Source of the DNA: an uncultured Clostridia bacterium
GTDB lineage: Bacteria; Bacillota; Clostridia; Christensenellales; UBA1242
Assembly: GCA_944350275.1 (NCBI GenBank)
Contig: CALVOK010000014.1
Location: 11,545 to 75,544 of the forward strand
Length of the DNA stretch: 64,000 nt
Direction: 5' to 3'
Position numbers and translations under genes: made by a program. Below are positions 29,120 to 38,258 of the stretch, piece after piece (the stretch's first letter is position 1; every line of letters starts with the position of its first letter). The notes under the pieces are model-generated. The model saw nothing but the letters and a program-made list of their open reading frames with translations, was not told where the DNA came from and searched no databases.

Positions 29120-30652
29120 TTACACCTTTTTAAACTTTTTTCGTTTTAGAGGCAACTTATCTTTATATTTTACAATAAATGCCTTAACATCCACAAGACC
29201 TATCACGCTTGCAAGAGCAAGATAGGAAGAAACAGCGGTTATACCTCCTATCACTAATGTTATGAAAAGAGGAAAAACATAGCCTGAGAGACTAACCACG
29301 AAACTTGTCAGTGCTGAACATGGAATTGCAAGCAGTATACTCTTTAACAAAGGGGTAAAGATTTTGAAATTGACTTTTGTCTTTTTCTTTAATAGTAGAG
29401 TGTTTAGTGTGGCGGTTATCAGATAATTAATTCCCATTGCCCATATGATTGAATTTATACCAAGCAATGACGGAAGTATCCAAAGAGCAATAAACATTCC
29501 TAAAGCACCAAAGAAAAAGTTGATAAATGAGCGGTTTTCATAACCTAAGGAATTGAGAAGTGCTGAGGTTATGTTTGTAATTCCTAGCGGAAGTAACACC
29601 CATGATGCCGACTGCAAAAGCGAGCCTGACATGATGTTATCATATAAAAATAGACCTATCTGCTCACCCATGCCTAGAAATACAGGAACAAATATTGACG
29701 ACACAAATATTGCGAAGGAGATTGAAGAGGTTATGCGTTTTTCAATATGAGAGGAATCATTTTGTGCAACCGCTTTTGAAATGTCGGGAATAAGAGCGGT
29801 GGAAAGCGAACCAATTATTGTTGTAGGCACATAGATAAGAGGAAGTGTCATGCCTACCGCAATACCATAAAGGCTTAGTGCCTGCGAACTTGTATAACCT
29901 ATTGCCATAAGTCTTGCTGGCACAATTAGAGCAATAAGTGGCTGAATAAAAGAACCTGCAACACGCATGATTGTAATAGGCGTTGATTGTTTGACTAAAG
30001 GTTTTAAATATTTCTTGTTCGCCTTGCTTAAACTTCCACCATAGTAGAAAAATAAAAGTACTACAAGCACCATTGATAAAAAGCAGGCTATCGTCATCGA
30101 CCAACCTAGACTTAAGGCATTGTCTATCGCTGAAAATGTGGAGTTGATTAGTAGCACACCTATAACTATCCTCACAAGTTGCTCATAAAACTCGCTGACG
30201 CATAGGGCAAAATAATTTCCCCTACCCCAAAGTGCACCTCGAAAAACACAGTACACAGAGGAAAAAATAAGAGATGGAAGCAGTACAATCAGTATCTCAT
30301 AACAACGTTCTTCTGTAAAGACCAGTCCAAAAAGACTTCTAAAAAGTAGAACTATTAAACAGAGAAATATTGAAAGAGATAATGTATAAATAAGGGCGAC
30401 CATAAGATAAGAGCCCTCGCTCTTCTTTTGATTTTTTACCGAAAAACTTGCACTCATTCTAGATATGATTATAGGTAGTCCACTCGACAGGACAGTCAAA
30501 AGTACCATAAAAACAGAGGAGGCGACCTGGTAAAGTCCTACACCCTCCGCCCCTACAACTCTTGATAAAATAATTCTAAACAAAAAACCTAACACTCTTG
30601 CCAGTACAGAAAATACGGTAATTATTGCGACAGTTTTAAACAATGATTTCAT
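29120..30652 (-). CDS. MOP-superfamily flippase (SpoVB/YabM-like polysaccharide biosynthesis protein)
   Basis: 510 aa with about 14 TM helices. N-terminus VLARVLGFLFRIILSRVVGAEGVGLYQ is typical of SpoVB/MurJ-like proteins. Confidence 0.75.
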   Translation of the reverse strand: MKSLFKTVAIITVFSVLARVLGFLFRIILSRVVGAEGVGLYQVASSVFMVLLTVLSSGLPIIISRMSASFSVKNQKKSEGSYLMVALIYTLSLSIFLCLIVLLFRSLFGLVFTEERCYEILIVLLPSLIFSSVYCVFRGALWGRGNYFALCVSEFYEQLVRIVIGVLLINSTFSAIDNALSLGWSMTIACFLSMVLVVLLFFYYGGSLSKANKKYLKPLVKQSTPITIMRVAGSFIQPLIALIVPARLMAIGYTSSQALSLYGIAVGMTLPLIYVPTTIIGSLSTALIPDISKAVAQNDSSHIEKRITSSISFAIFVSSIFVPVFLGMGEQIGLFLYDNIMSGSLLQSASWVLLPLGITNITSALLNSLGYENRSFINFFFGALGMFIALWILPSLLGINSIIWAMGINYLITATLNTLLLKKKTKVNFKIFTPLLKSILLAIPCSALTSFVVSLSGYVFPLFITLVIGGITAVSSYLALASVIGLVDVKAFIVKYKDKLPLKRKKFKKV

Positions 30653-30713
30653 TTTCTCTCCTCATATATGTTATTTAACTGTCATAAAATTTAATACAAA
30701 AGGAGGCAAATTT

Positions 30714-30881
30714 ATGAAAAAAGAATACAATCAAATCTATATTGTTCAGGAGGGAGACAATATAGAAAAAATAGCAGAAAAATATAAAATCTCCCCGCTT
30801 AGCATACTTATCGCAAACAATATTACACCAAAAATGATTAAAAAAGGGAAAGTTTTGTTTATTAATGTAAATAATAAATAA
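30714..30881 (+). CDS. 55-aa LysM-domain micro-protein (below the ORF-track cut-off)
   Basis: AGGAGG at 30701-30706, ATG at 30714, TAA at 30879. Translation MKKEYNQIYIVQEGDNIEKIAEKYKISPLSILIANNITPKMIKKGKVLFINVNNK matches the LysM pattern (Y.V..GD....IA.ky.......l...N.i....i..G..l.i). Confidence 0.75.
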   Translation: MKKEYNQIYIVQEGDNIEKIAEKYKISPLSILIANNITPKMIKKGKVLFINVNNK

Positions 30882-31004
30882 ATTATTAATTTTTTATTAC
30901 AAAATTAATATTTTTTTTAATTTTTAATATTTTTTATTTTTTGATATTTTTTATTTTCTTTCTATTTTTTTAAAAAAAATCATATTTTTATTTTTATATT
31001 ATTT

Positions 31005-31739
31005 TTATTTTTTTACATTTTTAACATCTTTATTTTTGTTAAAAAGTCTTTTTATAAAATTTTCTATCTGTTTATTGTATTTTGTAGATAAATAGATTAA
31101 AGTAAAAGATAAAACTAATATAATTCCCCAAACAACTAGTCCCCAACTCTCAAAAGGTATTATTTCTCCGCTTGTCAAAAAACTTACAGCAAATATCCCT
31201 ATCGGTCTGGTGATAAACTGTGTAAACATAAAAAATGATGTGCTCATGTCGGTTAACCCTGCAACTAGGCAGAGGATATCATCTGGAAAGAATGGCAAAA
31301 GCATCATAAGAAAAAAGGAATATCTGCATTCTGTCAAGTTTTTTGTCCATTTCTTTTGTAATTTTTCTCCTACCATAAAAGATACAAGTCTCTTGCCGTA
31401 AGTTCGCCCTAGAAAAAAGGCAAAAGTGCTACCAAGAAGTATTCCCGCAAGTGACAGAAGTCCTGCTTGAAGTGGTCCATAGATAAGCGAACCTGCCATA
31501 ATAATTATTGGCGACGGCAAAGGAATGAATGTAACCTGCAAAAATTGAAGTATAACAAAAGTTATTCTCCCCCATATCCCTAATGACAAAATCATATCCT
31601 TTAATTTTTCGACAGAATTAAGTTTTTCCCAAAGTCCTGTCCAAACTAAAATAAAATATACTAAAAGCAGAAAAAGAGCAATAGTCAAAGCGACAAGTGA
31701 AATTCTTATTATCTTCTTTTTGGTTGATAAGTTTTGCAT
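31005..31739 (-). CDS. TVP38/TMEM64 (DedA-superfamily) membrane protein
   Basis: Contains FLQVTFIPLPSPIIIMAGSLIYGP and the GRTYGKRLV motif. Confidence 0.75.
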   Translation of the reverse strand: MQNLSTKKKIIRISLVALTIALFLLLVYFILVWTGLWEKLNSVEKLKDMILSLGIWGRITFVILQFLQVTFIPLPSPIIIMAGSLIYGPLQAGLLSLAGILLGSTFAFFLGRTYGKRLVSFMVGEKLQKKWTKNLTECRYSFFLMMLLPFFPDDILCLVAGLTDMSTSFFMFTQFITRPIGIFAVSFLTSGEIIPFESWGLVVWGIILVLSFTLIYLSTKYNKQIENFIKRLFNKNKDVKNVKK

Positions 31740-31892
31740 AATTTATTTTAATCTTTTTACTTCTAATTATACTAAAAAATACAATACATATTATTTTTCT
31801 TCGCTATTTTTTAATTACTAAAAATAAAAATCATTTAAAATAAATATTTTTTTAAAAATAACAAATAATAAATAAAATCAAGGAGAAAAAAT

Positions 31893-33395
31893 ATGGAAGA
31901 GAAAGTTAAAAGAAATAAATCCTCACTTATTTGGCTGATCGTTGTGTGCTTTATAGCGGTTGGACTGCTTTTGTTTTGTCAATTTTACTTTGGATCCTAT
32001 TCGTCAGGCACTACAACATTTTATCCAAACACCCACGTAAATGGTGTTGATGTCTCAGGGCTTACTGTAAATGAGGCAAACGAGAAACTATCACAGAATT
32101 TAATTGACAATAAAGATAATGTCGTGGTTACTGTTAAAAGTGGTGATAAAACTTGGCAACTTTTAGGTAGTGATTTTGAGATTATTGGAAACTTTGACCC
32201 CACTCTTAATAAGGTTTTGCAGTATGGTCAAGAAGGGAATATTTTTGATAAGAAAAAAATTGAGAGTGACATTAAAACAAATGGTTATAATGTAACTCTA
32301 CCCTATCAAGACCTATATGGCGGTGTAGACGAAAAGGTTGACGAGATAATTGACGAGATAGAAAGAGAACCTGTGGAGGCAAAGGTAGTTTTCCAACCTG
32401 ACAAAACAAATATGTTTAGTCTAAGTCAGGCAGTGAATGGTATAAAAGTGGACAGAACCGCTCTGCAAGAGGCACTTAATGAGGCTTTTGCATGCGGTGA
32501 AAGTTATACAATTAGCGTGCCTTTCATTGAGATAACACCTCAAGATAGTCTTGACAGCGCCCTAGAAAACATATCATTAAGAGCAAGTTTTTCAACTAAT
32601 TATTCAAAATCCTCAGAAAATCGAAAATCAAATATAAAACTCGCACTTTCATCTTTTAATGGAATGATTGTTGAGCCTGGAAAGGAGGTCTCCTTTAATA
32701 AAATAACTGGACCTAGGACTGCAGAAAATGGTTACAAAGATGCAAAGATAATATTTAATGGAAGTTATGTCTCTGGTATGGGCGGTGGTGTCTGTCAGGC
32801 ATCAACAACTCTATACAATGCCCTATTGAGAGCAGATATTGAGATTTTAAAGGTAACACACCATACTCTTCCTGCCTCATATGTTCCCCTTTCTTTTGAT
32901 GCTATGGTGTCGGAGGGCTATGCTGACCTGGTATTTAAAAATAACCTTGATAGTCCTATCTATATCAAGGCATATGGTGATGATACAAATGCTGTGGTTG
33001 AAATCTATGGCTGTCCACTTGATGAGGGAACAGAAATTAAGACAAAAAGCGAACTTGTAAAGGTAATTGGACATGGTGGAGATAAAATCATTACTGACAC
33101 AGACGGCAAATATGCAAGCAAGGTCATCTACAAGGGCGAATATTATAGGCTAAAATATCCACAGGAGGGATATGAGAGCAAGGGATATTTACAATACTAT
33201 AAAGACGGAAAACTTGTCGAAGAAAAAGAGATAAGACATGATATCTACCCTGCCCAAAATGGTGTAATAATAGAGGGAAGTGGAACACTTGAAGAGGGAA
33301 TGACCTTACCTGCAAGTAGCGTCAAATATATAAGTCCGCAAAAGGTTACTAAAGAAATAACAGAAAATGCTAAAAGAAGATTCAACATCTCCTGA
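31893..33395 (+). CDS. VanW-family protein
   Basis: N-terminal TM helix plus the GGGVCQASTTLYNA VanW core motif. Confidence 0.8.
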   Translation: MEEKVKRNKSSLIWLIVVCFIAVGLLLFCQFYFGSYSSGTTTFYPNTHVNGVDVSGLTVNEANEKLSQNLIDNKDNVVVTVKSGDKTWQLLGSDFEIIGNFDPTLNKVLQYGQEGNIFDKKKIESDIKTNGYNVTLPYQDLYGGVDEKVDEIIDEIEREPVEAKVVFQPDKTNMFSLSQAVNGIKVDRTALQEALNEAFACGESYTISVPFIEITPQDSLDSALENISLRASFSTNYSKSSENRKSNIKLALSSFNGMIVEPGKEVSFNKITGPRTAENGYKDAKIIFNGSYVSGMGGGVCQASTTLYNALLRADIEILKVTHHTLPASYVPLSFDAMVSEGYADLVFKNNLDSPIYIKAYGDDTNAVVEIYGCPLDEGTEIKTKSELVKVIGHGGDKIITDTDGKYASKVIYKGEYYRLKYPQEGYESKGYLQYYKDGKLVEEKEIRHDIYPAQNGVIIEGSGTLEEGMTLPASSVKYISPQKVTKEITENAKRRFNIS

Positions 33396-33415
33396 GAACA
33401 AAATACAATCAAATT

Positions 33416-34663
33416 TTACAGATATTTCAATTTGCCCTCAACAGCCTTGATTAACTCATCCTTTTCATTGTTTAACTTTCCGTCAAAAATGTCGCTAAGC
33501 AGACTTTCAAGGATAGGTTTATAACGATTTTGTTTGACTGATGGATAGTTTTTTCTGATATCCTCACCTGTAATCTTCATGTCTTTAACTGACACAACAA
33601 TTTTATGAGAAATTATGTACTTATAGAAAAATTCATACTTATTGGCAAGATATTTTGACTTTGCAAGCAAAAGTTCATAAATGCTTGGAAAACTATAAAA
33701 ATATTTAAAAAAGTATGGTTTGTTTTGCTGGTGATTTAATGCCTCATAATATCCGCAAATAATATTTATGTATTGCTCGGTCATCTTTTTGTTCATACCA
33801 AAGGACTCTGTCAAAATTAGGTTTAGATAATATGAGATTGATATAGGCTTGACGGTATCAATGATATCAATCAAAAGTCCTTGAGATTTGTGCTCTACCT
33901 TTTTAACCATGTTGAGTTTAACTTTGAGGCAGTCTATTCTAAAATTAGGCCACAAAGATGCACTGTTGAACTGTTTTAACGCTCTCATATAGGCATATTT
34001 TTTCGTGTAACCTGGATATTTTTTAGGGCTGTGCAAAATACGAGTTATCTCATAAATAACCCTTTCGCCTGAGATATCTCGAAGATTTCTGCTGTATTTT
34101 AAAGCGGTTTGATAGGTGTGTTTTTCTATTTTAAAGTTAAGTTCGCACTCAAATCTAAACAGTCTTAAAAGTCGCACTCCATCATGAGATAGCACATATT
34201 CAGGTGTTTCCACGCACCTAAGGAGTTTCCTTTTTATATCATCAACACCATTGTAAAAATCAATGAGTTTATCATTTTTTATATCATAATAGAGAGCATT
34301 GCAAGTGAAGTCTCTTCTCTTTGCATCCTCTTCTATTTCTCGAACAAATTCCACCTTTTCAGGTAGATGTTTGCCATTATTTTGATAGATATCACGTCTA
34401 AAACAGGTGTACTCATAGGACTTATCCTTGTAACTTATGTAAGCACTGCCCAGCACTTTGCTTTTTACCTTTACAGTAAATTCAGTACCCTTTAAGACAT
34501 TTTCAACCTCTTCAATTGTAAGGGAGGAACAAATGTCAATATCCTCATTTTTAAGCCCCATAATTGAATTTCTCACATATCCGCCCACAATGTAGAGAGG
34601 TTGCGGAAAAATCTCAGAGAGAGTTTTAAGTTCGTTTGGAATTTCTATTTGCATATTTTTCAC
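33416..34663 (-). CDS. cca: CCA-adding enzyme / tRNA nucleotidyltransferase family
   Basis: GGYVRNSIMGLKNEDIDICS (G-G-x-V-R-D-like, D-x-D) and the RRDFTCNALY motif. Confidence 0.8.
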   Translation of the reverse strand: MKNMQIEIPNELKTLSEIFPQPLYIVGGYVRNSIMGLKNEDIDICSSLTIEEVENVLKGTEFTVKVKSKVLGSAYISYKDKSYEYTCFRRDIYQNNGKHLPEKVEFVREIEEDAKRRDFTCNALYYDIKNDKLIDFYNGVDDIKRKLLRCVETPEYVLSHDGVRLLRLFRFECELNFKIEKHTYQTALKYSRNLRDISGERVIYEITRILHSPKKYPGYTKKYAYMRALKQFNSASLWPNFRIDCLKVKLNMVKKVEHKSQGLLIDIIDTVKPISISYYLNLILTESFGMNKKMTEQYINIICGYYEALNHQQNKPYFFKYFYSFPSIYELLLAKSKYLANKYEFFYKYIISHKIVVSVKDMKITGEDIRKNYPSVKQNRYKPILESLLSDIFDGKLNNEKDELIKAVEGKLKYL

Positions 34664-34758
34664 CTTTATATTAAGGATACTAATTTTTCATTCTTATGTC
34701 AAATCATTTGTAATAAAGTTGACAATTTATTAATAAATAATATATAATTAAATAAATT

Positions 34759-37353
34759 ATGAAGAAAAATAGTGTGACAAATTTAGAAAGATACAAGTTA
34801 CTTTTAAAAACAGAAGCAAAATATAATAGAAATGTTCCAAGCGACAATTCTATATTTTTCTACACAATGGAAGGCTTTGAGAAACATCTCAAAATTGTAG
34901 AAAAAATTAAAAAATCAATCTATGATAAACTATATAAAAAGCGAAGGATTGAAGAAGAGACACCTGCAGTGCCTGAAAACACTATAAGGTATTACCCCGA
35001 CTTTAATCAGGGCTTGAGTAGCGAAGAAATTGCAGAGCGAAGAGAACATAATCTTATAAACAAGGCAAAAGTAAAATCATCAAAATCCTATTGGTCAATT
35101 TTCGCAAAAAATATCTTCACCTTTTTCAATATGCTTTGGCTTATAATTGCAGTTGCCTTGATTGCGGTTGGCTCCTATAGTGATTTAATTTTTATTTTTG
35201 TAATTATCGCTAACACCGCTATTGCAATCATTCAAGAGATAAGAGCAAAGATAACTATTGAAAAATTATCTCTCGTGACCGCTCCCCTTGTAAAAACAAT
35301 TCGAGAGGGCAAAGAGGAACTAGTACCCTCAGACCAACTCTTGCTTGATGATATAATCTTGCTTTCAAACGGAAACCAAATTCCATCAGATTGCAAAATT
35401 ATAGAAGGACACGTTGAGGTCAATGAAAGTTTGCTGACAGGCGAGTCTAACGCAATTGACAAAACAAATGGTGACATGCTACTTTCAGGAAGTTTTATTG
35501 TCTCAGGACAGTGCTATGCACAGGTAGATAAAATTGGCAAAGATAATTACATCTATCAAATGGCAAAAAAGGCAAAGGAATTCAAAGCACCACAGTCCAA
35601 CCTATTTAAAGACCTTAACAGACTTATAAAATACATCGGTATCGCTCTTATCCCTATTGGAATACTCACCTTTTTGAAAGAGCGAGCGTCAGGCTCTTCA
35701 CTTGAGGAACAAATTATCTACACAAGCGGTTCACTTACAAGTATGATTCCTGCTGGAATGTTCCTGCTTGTTACAATTGCCCTAGCAATAGGAGTTGTCA
35801 AACTGGCTAGGAAAAAGACATTAGTGCGAGACCTCTACTCCATTGAAATGCTTGCTAGAACCAACGTGCTTTGCCTTGATAAAACAGGCACTATCACAGA
35901 TGGCACAATGAAAGTTGTTGACTTTTTAACTTACACAAAAAGACGAAAAACAAGCATATCAAAAATTATTACCAACATTTTAAACCTGCAAAAGACAATT
36001 AATGCGACATCTAGCGCTATGATTAAGGAATTTGGCAGACGAAATGATTTCACCGCTCTTAATATCCTAGAATTTTCATCTGAAAGAAAGTACTCAATCA
36101 CCCAATTTTCAAACAAAAAAATATACTTTCTTGGCGCATATTCTCGCATTGGATGCTCGCTTACACCTGAGCAACTTGAACTTGTCAAAGAGGCGCAGAG
36201 CAAAGGACTGAGAATTATTGCTCTTGCCGAGGCAAACAGCGAGACGTTTGATAAAGATATGAGCGGTAAAGATTCTACCCTGCTTGCTTTAATCGTTTTA
36301 GAAGAACATATCAGAGAAGATGCAATTGAAACAATCTCTTGGTTTAAAGAAAATGGTGTGGAGATAAAAATTATCTCTGGCGACGACCCTGCGACCGTTT
36401 CAAAGATTGCTGAAAGAGTGGGAATTGTAAACAGTGATAAATATGTCTCACTTGAAAATGTCAGCACAAAAGAAGTTGAACAGATGGCTGACCAGTTTAC
36501 CGTTTTTGGTAGAGTAACTCCAGAACAAAAATACACCATAATTAAAGCATTAAAAAATAAAGGCAAAGTTGTTGCCATGACTGGTGATGGTGTCAATGAT
36601 ACCCTAGCACTAAAAGAGGCAGACTGCTCCATTGCTATGGCTGATGGTAGCGAAGTGGCAAGAAATATATCTAAACTCGTTCTGCTTGAATCTAACTTCT
36701 CCTCTCTTCCAGCAGTCGTAAAAGAAGGTAGACAGGTTGTCAATAATGTACAAAACTCCTCATCACTTTTCCTCATGAAAACGTTTTTTGCAATAACCCT
36801 CACAATTATCACCCTATTTTTGCAGATATCCTATCCATTCAGACCAAGTATGATGATGTTATTAGAGGCATTTGTGATAGGAATTCCATCGTTTTTATTA
36901 ACTTTTGAACCAAATACAAAGGCAATATCAGGGAATTTCATTCCACAGGTTATGAAACGGGCTTTGCCGAGAGCACTGCTTATGCTGGTAAACGTTTTAG
37001 TTGTAATTGCCCTAGAGCGAAGTCAATCGCAAGTGGTAACAATGACGAATGAAGAATACCAAACTCTTTGCGTACTTGTGCTAACATACACAGGCTATCT
37101 AAACCTTGCCTCTCTATGTTTCCCTCCTACCCTACTAAAAATGGCAACACTTGCAATATCACTCATATGCACTGTTATTGCACTGCTTGCTCTGCCGACA
37201 CTATTCTCAGTTTACTCAAGTTCGTTCACCGTGCTTGTGACATTCTTTGCAATAATGGTTGCCTCAATATTAATCATACTGCTAATAAAGTTAAATCAAA
37301 AACGTATAGATAAACTGCGAGACAAAATTATAAGTTTACTGCAAAAACAATAA
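34759..37353 (+). CDS. Cation-translocating P-type ATPase (P2-like)
   Basis: Motifs TGES, CLDKTGTITDG, ISGD, MTGDGVNDTLAL, and about 10 TM helices. Confidence 0.85.
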   Translation: MKKNSVTNLERYKLLLKTEAKYNRNVPSDNSIFFYTMEGFEKHLKIVEKIKKSIYDKLYKKRRIEEETPAVPENTIRYYPDFNQGLSSEEIAERREHNLINKAKVKSSKSYWSIFAKNIFTFFNMLWLIIAVALIAVGSYSDLIFIFVIIANTAIAIIQEIRAKITIEKLSLVTAPLVKTIREGKEELVPSDQLLLDDIILLSNGNQIPSDCKIIEGHVEVNESLLTGESNAIDKTNGDMLLSGSFIVSGQCYAQVDKIGKDNYIYQMAKKAKEFKAPQSNLFKDLNRLIKYIGIALIPIGILTFLKERASGSSLEEQIIYTSGSLTSMIPAGMFLLVTIALAIGVVKLARKKTLVRDLYSIEMLARTNVLCLDKTGTITDGTMKVVDFLTYTKRRKTSISKIITNILNLQKTINATSSAMIKEFGRRNDFTALNILEFSSERKYSITQFSNKKIYFLGAYSRIGCSLTPEQLELVKEAQSKGLRIIALAEANSETFDKDMSGKDSTLLALIVLEEHIREDAIETISWFKENGVEIKIISGDDPATVSKIAERVGIVNSDKYVSLENVSTKEVEQMADQFTVFGRVTPEQKYTIIKALKNKGKVVAMTGDGVNDTLALKEADCSIAMADGSEVARNISKLVLLESNFSSLPAVVKEGRQVVNNVQNSSSLFLMKTFFAITLTIITLFLQISYPFRPSMMMLLEAFVIGIPSFLLTFEPNTKAISGNFIPQVMKRALPRALLMLVNVLVVIALERSQSQVVTMTNEEYQTLCVLVLTYTGYLNLASLCFPPTLLKMATLAISLICTVIALLALPTLFSVYSSSFTVLVTFFAIMVASILIILLIKLNQKRIDKLRDKIISLLQKQ

Positions 37354-37485
37354 ATTTTACAAATCCATGTCCGCATTGTTTAAATTTGATGTGTACACTT
37401 TTAAAACTTAATTTATTTAGGCTTAATATGTAAGCAGATTAAAATCTTAAATACTCAAAGTTAAATTTGATATAAAATCTTATTA

Positions 37486-37522
37486 CAAAAAAATATTGAA
37501 CATCTACGTTCAATATTTTTTT
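37486..37522. terminator. Bidirectional intrinsic terminator
   Basis: Stem atattgaac (37493-37501) / gttcaatat (37508-37516) flanked by A7 and T7 runs, between convergent genes. Confidence 0.7.
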
Positions 37523-37536
37523 ATCAATATTTTATT

Positions 37537-38253
37537 TTACTCGCCTATTGCAAGTTGATAGAGGTCAAAGGTGTTTGCTCTAATTGTAATGGTGTAAATT
37601 CTCGCCCTATTTTCTCCATAATATCCGCCAAAATAGAATGTAAGGTCTTGTTCGCCATCAGAGTCCGAGATATTAAAGTAAACATCATTGTAGAACACCT
37701 CACCTCTAGTAGTGCTAAATGGAGTTGTATAGTGACTACCATCAGCATTCATCAGAGCCTGTGGTACAAAGTAATGCAAATGCACATAGTTATCAGTCAG
37801 GTACTCTGCAAGGAAAGTTCCTTCACTGATACTCGAACTGCTTGCGATACCTGTTTTATTCTCATCATCCGCATAGAATTTACTTCTCTCTACATAATCA
37901 ATACTATATGAACCTAAGTTGCCTGTAAAAAGTGAAGTTAAAACTGATGAATTGAATGAATTTTGATAAATTTCGTTGTATCTATCATAATTTGCGTCGT
38001 CTGGTGTTACCTCATAAGTACCCTCACTCGTTTGTATTGTAACTGTTGTAGGGTCAGATAAAAAGTAAGGTTTAAGGTCTATTCTAATGCAGGCAAGAAC
38101 AATGATAACAACAGCAAGGATAAAAATGACAGCAGAGATACAAGAAAAAGCAATCTTTTTGTTTCTTTTCTTTTTTCTTAAATATTCATCACTTACAGAA
38201 TCTAGGACACTGATTTGTGTCTGGTTTTGTATAGATTTAGCCTCTTTCATCAA
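37537..38253 (-). CDS. Hypothetical type-II membrane-anchored protein co-transcribed with ftsH
   Basis: It starts 5 nt after the ftsH stop. A single TM helix (IAFSCISAVIFILAVVIIVLACI) is followed by a Tyr/Asn/Asp-rich ectodomain. Confidence 0.7.
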   Translation of the reverse strand: MMKEAKSIQNQTQISVLDSVSDEYLRKKKRNKKIAFSCISAVIFILAVVIIVLACIRIDLKPYFLSDPTTVTIQTSEGTYEVTPDDANYDRYNEIYQNSFNSSVLTSLFTGNLGSYSIDYVERSKFYADDENKTGIASSSSISEGTFLAEYLTDNYVHLHYFVPQALMNADGSHYTTPFSTTRGEVFYNDVYFNISDSDGEQDLTFYFGGYYGENRARIYTITIRANTFDLYQLAIGE

Positions 38254-38258
38254 GCCTC

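Noticed and set aside
35931-36812. 293-aa minus-strand ORF
   Set aside because: It is fully antisense to the well-supported P-type ATPase. It is Ser/Leu-rich as expected for a mirror frame.
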